Origin: a virus
Strand: one strand, 5' to 3'
DNA: 64,000 nucleotides
Virus record (IMG/VR): IMGVR_UViG_3300005080_000005
Shown: positions 17,900-28,009 of the stretch, piece by piece
Layout: the number at the start of each line of letters is the position of its first letter
How positions within the stretch are numbered: position 1 is the first letter of the stretch
Program-made: the position numbers and the translations under genes
Notes under the pieces: generated by a model
What the model was told of the DNA's origin: nothing
The model's input: the letters and a program-made list of their open reading frames with translations, nothing else
Database searches by the model: none

Positions 17900-18898
17900 T
17901 CATTGTTTTATTTCTTCTAGACCACAACTATCCAGAAATTTATTGAGAACGAACAGTGAATCATTTTCAAAACACTCTGTTGACCAATCTACATAATGTT
18001 GGAAGTTTCTTTCTCGTAACTCGTTATGTAGTTCTTGTTCAAAATCATAAATCTCTTGATGTGTTGCTGTGAATATTCTGAGTTTGTGAATCTTTTTGAT
18101 TTTAGATATAGACTTTAAAGCATCAACTCTTTTATCAACAAGAAAAGACCTTCCAACTTTAATGAATTTACCATTGAAGTTCAAGATGTACAAGAAATCA
18201 GTTTCATCTTTTCTTTCGGGATAGTATCCATTACCATTTCCATCTTCCCTTAATCTTCTAATGGTTTCATCTTTAGCACAACCCCGACAACGTGTTCCTT
18301 TGTTTACAAAATTACCATATCTAACATTCTGTTTTCCATGAATTTTGCAGATGTACTCAAAACGAGAAGTGTTGTTTTTATATCCACCAACAAAACCAAC
18401 AACATCATAGCTCATTTCTTTACAAATATCAATACATTTTTGCAATGCTTCTTGTTCTGTTGGCCTATATACACCAGCACACTTTGAACAACCTTTGCCA
18501 CTATTAATAATATCATTAATACTTGCAGTCCACTTATGCCCATCTTTCAAACATTCAAGGTTTAGTTTGGTGTTTTGATTTTTAAATCCTTCAACAAAAC
18601 CATGAACAATAAACCTGTCTTTTGATGCTCTACGGGCTAATATTAAATATTGAAAGTCCCTCCATCTTACATTTTTCCCACAACCACAAGGTTTGATTTC
18701 TTTAACCAAACTACTTTTGACACTAACAAAATATCCATCATGGAATAATTCAGGATCTTTGGAACATTCCGTACAGGTAACTTTAAAAGTGGTATGCTTC
18801 GATTTCTCAATAATACCAATAACTTCTAGTTTTCCATCTTTACTTTTCCAACCTATGAAATCTTCAGCTTTTTGTTGTTTCTTTTTATTTTCAGTCAT
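17900..18898 (-). CDS. Zn-ribbon repeats + T5orf172 (GIY-YIG-like) putative homing endonuclease, paralog 2 (intact)
   Basis: 332 aa; three CxxC...CGC/CxKC zinc-ribbon-like repeats then FLYILNFNGKFIKVGRSF T5orf172/MUG113-like motif. Confidence 0.7.
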   Translation of the reverse strand: MTENKKKQQKAEDFIGWKSKDGKLEVIGIIEKSKHTTFKVTCTECSKDPELFHDGYFVSVKSSLVKEIKPCGCGKNVRWRDFQYLILARRASKDRFIVHGFVEGFKNQNTKLNLECLKDGHKWTASINDIINSGKGCSKCAGVYRPTEQEALQKCIDICKEMSYDVVGFVGGYKNNTSRFEYICKIHGKQNVRYGNFVNKGTRCRGCAKDETIRRLREDGNGNGYYPERKDETDFLYILNFNGKFIKVGRSFLVDKRVDALKSISKIKKIHKLRIFTATHQEIYDFEQELHNELRERNFQHYVDWSTECFENDSLFVLNKFLDSCGLEEIKQ

Positions 18899-18986
18899 TT
18901 AGACTCCAATCCAATACTATCAATATACATATGTAATATACCCATGCTAAAATAGCACAAGGAGCAAACTGCTCCTTGTGCTATAT

Positions 18987-19865
18987 TTAATTTGTAATCT
19001 TTGATTTTATTTCTTTGATAATCTTAGAAGAAAGTTGTTCTCTGGTATTGTTCAGTGAATATTGTATATCCATATCATTACAGAGGCTTCTAAACTCTTC
19101 TGTACTAAATCCTGAGTCAACAACAAAGTAAGCTGGTGTAAAATCTCCATTGATATCATATTCAATATTGTCAATTTTAAAAATATATTCTCTTGCATCC
19201 TCATTAAACAACACTACAATATCATCTGTCCAAGAATAAATACGAATCAAACTGTCATCGTACTCCTTAACACCAATCGTGCATGTTTCTTTATTTACGA
19301 CAGCTTCACTGGATTCTTGCTCCCCGAAAAACATGTTAATCAGCTCGTCTTTTGAAAGGTTCTCTGCAACTTCTCGTGTTATAGGTTCAGATTCTTCTTC
19401 TAGTTGAACGACAGTGATTTCACCACCAGAATAAACATCCCGTTTCATTGCAATTTTGACTGCATCTTCTGCTGATGCACCAGCATCCATGGCTGCAAGG
19501 GCGAATACACTACCTGAACCAATTGATGCTTGAACATCGTGCCCAAGATTAAGAGCGACATTACCATCATACATCAAAACTTGTTTGTCTGGAGTCAAAA
19601 CCAACGCCGTAAACTCCTCGTCGTCCTGTAGAACAGGCGGAATCAAATCAACAAGATCTCCAACTTCTTGATTAACAATTGTGTAATCTGTGTGTTTCTG
19701 CAACCATTGGGCAAAGGTGCTGATAGACCGTGCTCGTCCTGCCCCACCCATCAAGTGGTTGTTAACCCAAAAGACTTTTACCATATCATCTTTGATTACG
19801 GTGCTACCAAGTGAACAACGACCGTCACCTACCATAATACCATCTTTTACTGCGATTGTAGTCAA
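18987..19865 (-). CDS. HslV/proteasome-beta-like Ntn peptidase domain with ~130-aa C-terminal extension
   Basis: MTTIAVKDGIMVGDGRCSLGSTVIK (Thr2 nucleophile) and ASIGSGSVFALAA match HslV TTIVSV..GDGQ.TLG and GSGG.YALAAA. Confidence 0.55.
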   Translation of the reverse strand: MTTIAVKDGIMVGDGRCSLGSTVIKDDMVKVFWVNNHLMGGAGRARSISTFAQWLQKHTDYTIVNQEVGDLVDLIPPVLQDDEEFTALVLTPDKQVLMYDGNVALNLGHDVQASIGSGSVFALAAMDAGASAEDAVKIAMKRDVYSGGEITVVQLEEESEPITREVAENLSKDELINMFFGEQESSEAVVNKETCTIGVKEYDDSLIRIYSWTDDIVVLFNEDAREYIFKIDNIEYDINGDFTPAYFVVDSGFSTEEFRSLCNDMDIQYSLNNTREQLSSKIIKEIKSKITN

Positions 19866-19904
19866 ATTAATTTCTCCTTCTGTTATTAAATAGTAATTTA
19901 CAAC

Positions 19905-20354
19905 TTAAACATTCCTAATATAACTACGGATCTCTCCTTCGTTTTTGTATAGGAAATTCAACCAAGAAACAGTGTTATAGTCTACTTGTACCGGATTATC
20001 AGAGAACAAATATAAACGAATAATTTTCTGCAATGCAACAAGACAATTGTAGATTTTCATTAACCTCTTCATCTCTGATACTTGCCACGGCTCCAAACAA
20101 TGCAGATGTTTTAGTGTATCAATATCCTTGTGAAGTTCACGGTAATCTTTGAAGATAGATTCAAACTGTTGTTTAAGAACTTCTTCAGAAGTATATCCAA
20201 ATTTCATGAAATTAAACTTTTTTCGGTTCTTGTAGACATAGTTGCTCTCAGCTACCGCATAAAGTCGTTCCATGTGTTCACGGATAACTTCAGGGTATAC
20301 CAATTGTGTGTCCATAAGTGCATTTATCTTGGTACAACTCATACTTGTTTGCAT
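19905..20354 (-). CDS. hypothetical protein
   Basis: ORF. Confidence 0.5.
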   Translation of the reverse strand: MQTSMSCTKINALMDTQLVYPEVIREHMERLYAVAESNYVYKNRKKFNFMKFGYTSEEVLKQQFESIFKDYRELHKDIDTLKHLHCLEPWQVSEMKRLMKIYNCLVALQKIIRLYLFSDNPVQVDYNTVSWLNFLYKNEGEIRSYIRNV

Positions 20355-20368
20355 ATTAGTATCCTCCT

Positions 20369-20572
20369 TTAATTACAGTGGTCATTCTCAAAATCAATAT
20401 AAAAATTAACCTCGTTGTCTCTGATATTACACAGGTGTTGTATGAATTCTTCCATTTTATCACTGTCATGCTCTAAGACAGTATCCATATTTTCCAGCTT
20501 TTCAATAATATCAGAGATAGTTTGGCAAGCTCGATGTGCAATACCATATTCTTTTAGATCACGTTTATCCAT
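20369..20572 (-). CDS. hypothetical protein
   Basis: ORF. Confidence 0.45.
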   Translation of the reverse strand: MDKRDLKEYGIAHRACQTISDIIEKLENMDTVLEHDSDKMEEFIQHLCNIRDNEVNFYIDFENDHCN

Positions 20573-20588
20573 TTATTCCTCCCTTTTG

Positions 20589-20888
20589 TTACCGACCAAC
20601 AATCAATTCTTGCAGACCCTCTTCGCTGTTCTCTCCAATTTCAAGAACGTAGTATTGACAGTTATTATAACTAATCTTGTCACCTATATTATACTCACCT
20701 TCAACCATGATGTCAATACACTCAGTAAACAATTTGCAAACCTCATTAAAGTCTTTTGTATATCCAAGAACCTTATCTGGTTTCTGGACACTTGTAATTA
20801 TATCAGATATTGTATTTTGTGCAAGTACGAAACCTTCATCTGATTGACAGAGAAAAATGTAATCGTTGGGATTATATTGTTTTGTCAT
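20589..20888 (-). CDS. hypothetical protein
   Basis: ORF. Confidence 0.5.
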   Translation of the reverse strand: MTKQYNPNDYIFLCQSDEGFVLAQNTISDIITSVQKPDKVLGYTKDFNEVCKLFTECIDIMVEGEYNIGDKISYNNCQYYVLEIGENSEEGLQELIVGR

Positions 20889-20920
20889 GTTAAATACCTC
20901 AATTAATACGTCGATACAAT

Positions 20921-21118
20921 TTACTTTGATGCTGTATTGTCTAGAAATTCAATATATTTACTTAATTCTTTCTGCATTTTCCTTAACTTTGCAATATATT
21001 GTTGTGCTGTATCAGTTCTGCTCTTATGTAGTCTAGCTATCTCATGGCAACTGGATACCTCTATAAACATATCAATTTGCTCACCATCCCAACTACTTTT
21101 ACCATAATAACAAACCAT
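20921..21118 (-). CDS. hypothetical protein
   Basis: ORF. Confidence 0.45.
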   Translation of the reverse strand: MVCYYGKSSWDGEQIDMFIEVSSCHEIARLHKSRTDTAQQYIAKLRKMQKELSKYIEFLDNTASK

Positions 21119-21222
21119 GCTACCTGTTGATGGGGGACTGTGAAGAGTTAAGCCACACTCTAGAATTGTAGTGTTTTGTCATTATTTGTTTCCCCTCTAT
21201 TTCATTACATTTAAACATATTT

Positions 21223-21402
21223 TCACCCATCAATTGCACATACTAGAGTGCAGCCAATAACCATAACAATATATACAATACGTGCTTCAATAGACCATGT
21301 TGTAAAATCTAGATATGTCCAATCTAGATTAATAAAAGCACCTATACCTGCTGGTGCGATATAAATCCCAATACATAAAATTAACCAAACTACAAAATTC
21401 AT
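21223..21402 (-). CDS. small 2-TM membrane protein (holin-like), tandem paralog B
   Basis: Internal Met of ORF 21223-21495; GIGAFINLDWTYLDFTTW motif shared with upstream paralog. Confidence 0.45.
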   Translation of the reverse strand: MNFVVWLILCIGIYIAPAGIGAFINLDWTYLDFTTWSIEARIVYIVMVIGCTLVCAIDG

Positions 21403-21605
21403 TGTGTTTTCTTCTCCGCACAAATATAACAAATAGCTAGGATTGTCCACATTAATACAAACATGGCGTAAGTGGCTCGTGAGTTTATGTCCCAAGTGTA
21501 GAAATCAAAAAACTCCCAATCTAGGTGTGCAAATGCACCAATGCATGAAGGTATAAAGTATAGTAAAGCACACCCAATCATGTAAATTATAATACACTTC
21601 ATCAA
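21399..21605 (-). CDS. small 2-TM membrane protein (holin-like), tandem paralog A
   Basis: CIGAFAHLDWEFFDFYTW motif between two hydrophobic segments. Confidence 0.5.
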   Translation of the reverse strand: MMKCIIIYMIGCALLYFIPSCIGAFAHLDWEFFDFYTWDINSRATYAMFVLMWTILAICYICAEKKTQ

Positions 21606-21699
21606 TATCTCCTCTTATATCAACACACTTAAAAGTTTACCATAAACATACAATGGTAACAATTATTAACAATAAAATTGTAAAATATTAGCTATTGGA

Positions 21700-21864
21700 C
21701 TATTTTGGAATATTCTCTAGAAGAACAAATGTCAAGTTCAACCAAAGAAGTGCCAACAAGACCCGATCTAACCAACTATCTTTTTTCATTTCTTCATAAC
21801 CTAGAATTGAACGGCAGGCTGCAATTACAGTAACAACCAAACAAATTAGAATCACATAAACCAT
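21700..21864 (-). CDS. small membrane protein (54 aa)
   Basis: ATG after AAGGAGAAATAG SD; hydrophobic N-terminus VYVILICLVVTVIAA. Confidence 0.4.
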   Translation of the reverse strand: MVYVILICLVVTVIAACRSILGYEEMKKDSWLDRVLLALLWLNLTFVLLENIPK

Positions 21865-21874
21865 CTATTTCTCC

Positions 21875-22450
21875 TTAAATCTTACCTTCAAACTCATAAA
21901 CAAACCAAGCACTTTCGTTCTTTGGATTATTTTCAACAAGTTTACACAACGTTTGATATGCTGTCAATACTTCTTGTTCATATTGTTTTCGGTCAAAACT
22001 ATAAAACATTTTATCTAGAATTTTTTCATAACCATCATGTTTATCCTTGATTCTCCACTCTACACTATTCTTACGCCATTTGACATGAACACCATCCCAT
22101 ATACTGGCGCACACAGATACTCCACAAGAACAAGTAAACGGATAAAAACAAGTGAGGTTATAATGCCAAGATTTGGTAATTGGAATATATTCTATTCCGG
22201 TATCTTTGTAACTTTCACCACACCAATCAGCATAGTTTGATACGACACTTTTATTTACAAATTCACGAATAAAAGCATATAAATCCGTGTAGTGCTTAAT
22301 CTCTTTTCCGTTAATTTCAACTTTACACTTAATATCGTATTTGGTTACATTATTATCTGTTTCTTCGTAGTTGTCAATCTCTTCGTTATAGGTTTCTTCA
22401 GGTTGTCCCCAAGAACGTTCTTCCACTTTAATTTTGATGGTATCTTTCAT
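21875..22450 (-). CDS. hypothetical protein (Cys-rich)
   Basis: ORF 191 aa. Confidence 0.5.
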   Translation of the reverse strand: MKDTIKIKVEERSWGQPEETYNEEIDNYEETDNNVTKYDIKCKVEINGKEIKHYTDLYAFIREFVNKSVVSNYADWCGESYKDTGIEYIPITKSWHYNLTCFYPFTCSCGVSVCASIWDGVHVKWRKNSVEWRIKDKHDGYEKILDKMFYSFDRKQYEQEVLTAYQTLCKLVENNPKNESAWFVYEFEGKI

Positions 22451-22523
22451 TCATAATCTCCTTTTCTCTCAAGTTCAATATTGTTATATTCGCATACTTT
22501 CTCAAGGATGTCAAGATAAGATT

Positions 22524-23510
22524 TTAATCTTTATACACTAAATTCGCAATCTCTTTTAGTTTTGGGAGGTGCACTTTAAAGAAATAAATATCTTTGTTAA
22601 TTTCATCTACATCAAACCCAGAATTGTTCAAATTATAAATACTTGTTGGAAATCCTTCAAAAACCAACATTGTAGCTAGGTCATAAGCAGATGCTGCCTC
22701 TTCCTCTGTTTCATATCTAAAGATCCGTCCTCCATAGAGATTTCCCCCGGAACTGATGGTAAATCTTGCTGACCACTTATCTGCTGCTTTATCATAGCTA
22801 ACCCCTTTATACTTTGATGTTTTAGAAGTCTTTGTTTTTAACCTGTTCCTTGCTTGAATGTGCGGGCTGGCCCATCTACAATTTTCCTTACTGTAACTTA
22901 GGTTGCAATCTACTCTGTCCACCGTATAACCCTTACATGGGCATTTACCTACATCTTGATAAAATCTAAGGAAATTATCTTTCCACTCCTCCGGCATTGT
23001 AATACCGACAGCTCCATAATTTTTATAATCAGAGTTGTTTATATCATAGCACCGTTCTTTCATCTTTCTCCAAGAATTATACTCAGGCGTGTTTTTCATT
23101 CCGTGATAATTACTTTTAAAAGGTATTACCTCATTCTTCAAACAACCACAAGATTTTGTATGCCCAAAGTTCAGTCTTCCTATGGTTGTTATCGTACTTT
23201 TGCCACAATCACACTCACAGTACCATAAGGCATCCCCATTTTTTGATTTTTCTCCAGTCGGCATTACTGCTATTAGTTTTGTAAACCTCTCACCACTAAT
23301 GTCTTTTGTCTTACGTTTTCTTGGGATACATCCGCAAGACCTTGGCCCTCTTTTGTTTGTTACTTCATTTTTGGTTTTAAATGTTGTGTTGCCACAATCA
23401 CATTGTAATTCATATATTTTTCTGTTATACTTGTCTACTTTATCTGTTATTGCTATAACAGTCAGTTTACCGTGTTTTGTGTTAATAAAATTATCCAACT
23501 TCGCCTCCAA
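22524..23510 (-). CDS. HNH homing endonuclease with AP2 DNA-binding domain
   Basis: Multiple CxC/CGC clusters; C-terminal YKGVSYDKAADKWSARF...ETEEEAASAYD is an AP2-type domain. Confidence 0.7.
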   Translation of the reverse strand: MEAKLDNFINTKHGKLTVIAITDKVDKYNRKIYELQCDCGNTTFKTKNEVTNKRGPRSCGCIPRKRKTKDISGERFTKLIAVMPTGEKSKNGDALWYCECDCGKSTITTIGRLNFGHTKSCGCLKNEVIPFKSNYHGMKNTPEYNSWRKMKERCYDINNSDYKNYGAVGITMPEEWKDNFLRFYQDVGKCPCKGYTVDRVDCNLSYSKENCRWASPHIQARNRLKTKTSKTSKYKGVSYDKAADKWSARFTISSGGNLYGGRIFRYETEEEAASAYDLATMLVFEGFPTSIYNLNNSGFDVDEINKDIYFFKVHLPKLKEIANLVYKD

Positions 23511-23589
23511 TTTTGATTACAAAAGAATATTTTATCAGTTTTGGCACAAAATGTCAAGTATTTTGGGTAAGATTCTTCCTTACTATTGA

Positions 23590-23621
23590 AGCAAAATAAA
23601 AGCGACCTCTTGGGTCGCTTC
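23590..23621 (-). terminator. rho-independent terminator (minus strand)
   Basis: GAAGCGACC caagag GGTCGCTT + TTATTTT on the minus strand. Confidence 0.5.
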
Positions 23622-23637
23622 ATCTTATATAAACACT

Positions 23638-24474
23638 TTATTTTACTCTACCATTTCGGCGCTCATATTTCTCAAATGCCATACCCCAAGCTTTTGCTTC
23701 TTGAGAACGTACACAGTATTCCCATTTATCAAAATCAATAATACTCATATCAATGTTACCGTACTTTGAAACTTCGAGTAACAGCTCTAGTCCACTATAA
23801 CTTTTAAGATCTTTTTGGTCAATATCCCCAGTGATCACTGTGATAGAATTTACACCTTGCCGTCCTACAAGAGATTTAGCTACCTCTGGGGCCAAATCTT
23901 CAGCTTCATCCACAATTACAAAGGTGTTGTCCCAAGAACGACCCTTCACTTGTTCAAGTGAGAGTAGTTCAATCTTCCCATTTTCAACATAAGCTTCGTA
24001 GTGCCCGATACCCAGTCGCTTCTTAAATACATCTGCAATTGGAGCCACCCAACCTTCGAGTTTTTCGTTCTTAGTTCCTTTATAGAACCCTACAGATTTA
24101 GCCTTACCTTCTGCGGGACGAGCTACTACAATTTTGTCAATCTTTTTGGCAAGCAACATATCACAAGCAATAACAGACGGGATGTATGTTTTACTTGACC
24201 CCCAAACACCAGTGGCAATAACCACGGCATGGTTGTAAATAGCGTCAATGTACTCTGCTTGACGGTCATTCATCGGACGAAGAGGTGTTGTGTCCCTATT
24301 ACTATCTGTTTTCGCTTTAAAAGTGTTAGGAGTATTGTTGCGTCCTTTCATCTTTTTATTCACCTCTTTATGTTGTTGAAAACTGGAATCTTGCTCGTGT
24401 GCGTCAGACCAATAATCTTCTCTCACTATAACACCTCCTTGGTGTTGATTAAAATGGAATTGTGTGTTTAACAC
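23638..24474 (-). CDS. phoH: PhoH-like ATPase
   Basis: Walker A GVWGSSKT; IVDEAEDLAPE Walker B; overall PhoH architecture. Confidence 0.8.
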   Translation of the reverse strand: MLNTQFHFNQHQGGVIVREDYWSDAHEQDSSFQQHKEVNKKMKGRNNTPNTFKAKTDSNRDTTPLRPMNDRQAEYIDAIYNHAVVIATGVWGSSKTYIPSVIACDMLLAKKIDKIVVARPAEGKAKSVGFYKGTKNEKLEGWVAPIADVFKKRLGIGHYEAYVENGKIELLSLEQVKGRSWDNTFVIVDEAEDLAPEVAKSLVGRQGVNSITVITGDIDQKDLKSYSGLELLLEVSKYGNIDMSIIDFDKWEYCVRSQEAKAWGMAFEKYERRNGRVK

Positions 24475-24480
24475 TACTCT

Positions 24481-24861
24481 TTAGAATGGAATTGTATGCT
24501 GAATGCAATTCTTAAAAATAAAAGCTACTTGTTCATCATAACCATCTGTGATACAAAATTGACTATACATGTATGTTAACATATCTAAACCTAATGTCAA
24601 CCCTTGCATCTTTAGTTTAGCAATATCTGCATAAACATAATCATTATGAATAGACGGTAACAAAAACAACATTGCAATATATGTATCCAACCCTTCTGGA
24701 AGTTTCATATCTGCAACAATCTTGCAAACATCTTCGATGTCTTGTGAATCAATTCGAGTATTGAATTTTGTCTCGAAGAGATTAACTTGCGATATTACAT
24801 GTACTTGCAACCAATCTGCATCTGTCATGCTGGACACAATTTTATCTAGAGGTACAGACAT
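24481..24861 (-). CDS. hypothetical protein
   Basis: ORF. Confidence 0.5.
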   Translation of the reverse strand: MSVPLDKIVSSMTDADWLQVHVISQVNLFETKFNTRIDSQDIEDVCKIVADMKLPEGLDTYIAMLFLLPSIHNDYVYADIAKLKMQGLTLGLDMLTYMYSQFCITDGYDEQVAFIFKNCIQHTIPF

Positions 24862-24876
24862 ACTTTTAAACCTCCG

Positions 24877-25146
24877 CTATAGTGCATCATTTTCTTGTCC
24901 TTCTACCAACAAACCCAGAGTTTCACGAACAACTTGTTTCCTAAATCTCTCCATCATCTTCCACACAGCATAGGCAGAACCAAAAGTAATTAGGTCACAA
25001 TAGTTCCCATCTTCATCTAGTTCAGAGCGAATATTTGCACCATAAGAATCTAACCATTGCTTCAATGTTGCTTCATATTTATCATCATAGATAATGTCGT
25101 CTGAATATTTCTTAAGTATTTGGTAGCTATCTTTATTTATTTTCAT
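24877..25146 (-). CDS. hypothetical protein
   Basis: ORF. Confidence 0.45.
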   Translation of the reverse strand: MKINKDSYQILKKYSDDIIYDDKYEATLKQWLDSYGANIRSELDEDGNYCDLITFGSAYAVWKMMERFRKQVVRETLGLLVEGQENDAL

Positions 25147-25148
25147 AA

Positions 25149-25565
25149 CTATACTAACTCAAAGTGAGGGGAATCAGTTTCACCTTTTTCTCCCCTGATA
25201 CCGTCCATGTCCCAATCACGGCCCCATCGAATGTTGATGTTTAGTTCCTTAGCGGCTTTAAACATTGCATCAGCCATTTTATCAAACATTTTCAAGTCGT
25301 TCCAGTTAATACTTCCATCTTTATTGCAGGGAGCAATATCAACGGCCAGCCCATCAATATGCTTAGATTTCATCGTCCATGTGACAACCTTTCCGGGTTT
25401 GGTTCGTCCTTGTGCATACAGCTCCTCTTGTCGCTGTTTTGTACGAAGACCTTCGATAACCATGAAATCTACTTCACTGATTTCAATTGCACGTTTTACA
25501 ACGTTAACCAAATTTTCATTAACTCCAACAAGCCGATTCAAACTACGTTGTGATAGTTTAAACAT
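25149..25565 (-). CDS. lys: endolysin, L-alanyl-D-glutamate peptidase (M15/VanY-like, T5 Lys-type)
   Basis: 138 aa; SKHIDGLAVDIAP (H..D zinc ligands) and C-terminal DSPHFELV; recalled similarity to the phage T5 endolysin. Confidence 0.8.
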   Translation of the reverse strand: MFKLSQRSLNRLVGVNENLVNVVKRAIEISEVDFMVIEGLRTKQRQEELYAQGRTKPGKVVTWTMKSKHIDGLAVDIAPCNKDGSINWNDLKMFDKMADAMFKAAKELNINIRWGRDWDMDGIRGEKGETDSPHFELV

Positions 25566-25573
25566 TTAACCTC

Positions 25574-25975
25574 CTATGCCGATAGTTTCTGTTCACCAGA
25601 GATATTTTCCGCAAGATCAACAATCATAGTTGTCATGTTCTTAGAAATACCTTTTACTTTGAAAATTAGTTCTTGTTGCATAATCAGATGTTGAACTTGC
25701 TCAAGAGTCAGGACTTCCATTTCTTTCTTGTATTGCTCTTTGTACAGTTCGGCAAAACTATTAGATTTAAAGTATTCAAGAACTTTCACCTGTTTGTCAT
25801 ATTCACTTTTAGCGTTTTTGTATTCTTTACTATTCTTGTGATATTCCCCCATTAGTTGTTCGAACGTTTCAAAAATCATCATTTCTGTTTCTACTTGAGA
25901 ATCAATGTACTCTTGGCTGTACTGATCTACATATTCAGAAATTAGTTTAGTCTTTAGTTCATTGTTTTGTTCCAA
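25574..25975 (-). CDS. hypothetical protein
   Basis: ORF. Confidence 0.45.
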   Translation of the reverse strand: MEQNNELKTKLISEYVDQYSQEYIDSQVETEMMIFETFEQLMGEYHKNSKEYKNAKSEYDKQVKVLEYFKSNSFAELYKEQYKKEMEVLTLEQVQHLIMQQELIFKVKGISKNMTTMIVDLAENISGEQKLSA

Positions 25976-25986
25976 TTATTTTCTCC

Positions 25987-26133
25987 TTAGTCTTTAAAAG
26001 TGTTATCAAGTTCACTAAACAGTTGATGTTCCTGTGAAGGTTGACGTTGCTGTTTAGTTTTCTTTGTGTTCTGACGAAGAGATTTTTGTAGTTCACGTTG
26101 GAATGTTTTACGTGCTTGCTTGCGTGTAGCCAT
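25987..26133 (-). CDS. small basic protein (48 aa)
   Basis: ATG after AAAGGAGAATAAATA SD; K/R/Q-rich. Confidence 0.4.
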   Translation of the reverse strand: MATRKQARKTFQRELQKSLRQNTKKTKQQRQPSQEHQLFSELDNTFKD

Positions 26134-26230
26134 TATTTATTCTCCTTTGTTTTATAAAAGGCTTGTCAGAGTTAACAAGCCATAATTTATGTTACCAGTT
26201 TGGACTTAAAGATTCAAGTCGGGTTAACAA

Positions 26231-28009
26231 TTATTTTGCATAATGTCTTGTTGACTCTTCTTGTTGTCGTGCAGAAGAGAAGTTAGTAACTCGTTTCAAA
26301 TAACCAACCACTCGTGTGGCGGAATCTACGTCCGATGAACCACATTTCTTGCAGTAACGATCTGTTGTCCTCGAGATGTGTTCACAATCATTACAAATAG
26401 TCATTTTAGTATTGAAACAGAAGTATGGCACACCAAGTTGTGCTGATGCTTCAATAATTGCATAATATTGTTGTTCTGTCAACAAATCTTCAAGATTAAT
26501 GTGTGCTGCACTACCACCGGAAGTTTTAGATGTAAGTTGTTTTCCGTGAGCAATAAGTTTATCCATAAAATTAGTATTGTCAGACGGAACATACATATAG
26601 CTTGTATAAACATCACGGTTAACTTTCAAACCATCTTCTTTTGCCCATTGTGCAAGTTTATACCCTGCTGACTCTAGTGGAGCTTGCTCTGCATTGATTT
26701 TGAAACCAAAGTACTCTTGTGCTTCAGAATTAAGCTGTTCAACCATAACCAACACGTTTTCCATAAAGTTCATATAATCTTTGTCTTTATGGATCGGAGT
26801 ATAACCGTGATATTCAGCAGCCTCCACCAAACCGCCAAGACCCACTGTTGAGTATAGTTTATCAAGCTCAATGTACCCAGCTTTATAAATAGGAATCATA
26901 CCTTTATCATCAAGCTCTGCAATAAACGCTCGACGTGCTGCGAGATACTTATGAACACGTTTAACCTGTTCTTTAATCTCTTTTTCGTTCATTGTCTGAT
27001 AGATTCGATTAAAGTCAATGGTAATCACACCAACACTACCTACTTTAACACCACCAACACCAGAACTATTTGCAAACTCTTTGAAATTAGTTTTATTAGC
27101 AAGGCGGCAACAGCTCGAAATACTGTCAGGGTTATCGCTCAGATAAATAAAGAAACTATTTCCTTTGTGCAATTGTTGTGCTGCATAGTTGTGGTACTCT
27201 TTATCTTTCGGGCTACCATTCTCTGTCAGCATACTAAATGTTACAACAGGGAAAGTAATAATACCGTTATCACGTTCTTTGTCTAGGGTCTCAACAAACA
27301 ATTTTTGAAGTTTACTAATACTGTTCCAAACAGGTTGTGTAAAATCAGGATAAACCATTTGACCGAACACTGCTTCAAAATAATATTTGTCGTAAATCAA
27401 AAAGTTAGTAAAGGGGGATTGATATGACCTAGCGCCCGATGGTTCATTGAGTTTATAAATCAAACCTTGGAGTAGTTGTTTTGTTAGCTCATTTTCATGA
27501 TAATTATTACCAAAAGATTTACGGAAATAGTAATCTGCATAAACTAAAGCTTCCGGTACACCTACTGCACCAGCAATTTGAGCACTAACAAGATAAACAG
27601 TAGAACAAAGTTGGTCAATAAAACTAAAAATATTCTTTGGTGCATTGCTCATTCCACCGAGACTTTTCAATCCTTCTGTGACCATTGGGAAAATAGAGAT
27701 TGAGGCACAATAGCCGAAGACCGGATTAGTTTCATCATGTACGTAAATACGATGTTCTTCTAGGTCCTTAAGGCACTGTTCTGCAAGGTCTTTACCAAAC
27801 ATTTCTTCAATTTTATCGTAAGTTGTTTTACGATGGAGTTGAATACCGAAGTCTTCGTACAAACTTCCTTGTAGTGTTGTAACATTCTTCATGGTTACAT
27901 TTGAATTACTATTAAATTTACTCCCTGTTGCTGCATTTTCTGCATCAATGTATTGGTGGATATATTTGATTTTATTATTAAGTTGTTTTTCCGTTAGCTT
28001 AGTGAACAT
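26231..28009 (-). CDS. nrdD: anaerobic ribonucleoside-triphosphate reductase
   Basis: 592 aa; C-terminal CNDCEH...CKKCGS zinc site and glycyl-radical region RVVGYL. Confidence 0.85.
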   Translation of the reverse strand: MFTKLTEKQLNNKIKYIHQYIDAENAATGSKFNSNSNVTMKNVTTLQGSLYEDFGIQLHRKTTYDKIEEMFGKDLAEQCLKDLEEHRIYVHDETNPVFGYCASISIFPMVTEGLKSLGGMSNAPKNIFSFIDQLCSTVYLVSAQIAGAVGVPEALVYADYYFRKSFGNNYHENELTKQLLQGLIYKLNEPSGARSYQSPFTNFLIYDKYYFEAVFGQMVYPDFTQPVWNSISKLQKLFVETLDKERDNGIITFPVVTFSMLTENGSPKDKEYHNYAAQQLHKGNSFFIYLSDNPDSISSCCRLANKTNFKEFANSSGVGGVKVGSVGVITIDFNRIYQTMNEKEIKEQVKRVHKYLAARRAFIAELDDKGMIPIYKAGYIELDKLYSTVGLGGLVEAAEYHGYTPIHKDKDYMNFMENVLVMVEQLNSEAQEYFGFKINAEQAPLESAGYKLAQWAKEDGLKVNRDVYTSYMYVPSDNTNFMDKLIAHGKQLTSKTSGGSAAHINLEDLLTEQQYYAIIEASAQLGVPYFCFNTKMTICNDCEHISRTTDRYCKKCGSSDVDSATRVVGYLKRVTNFSSARQQEESTRHYAK

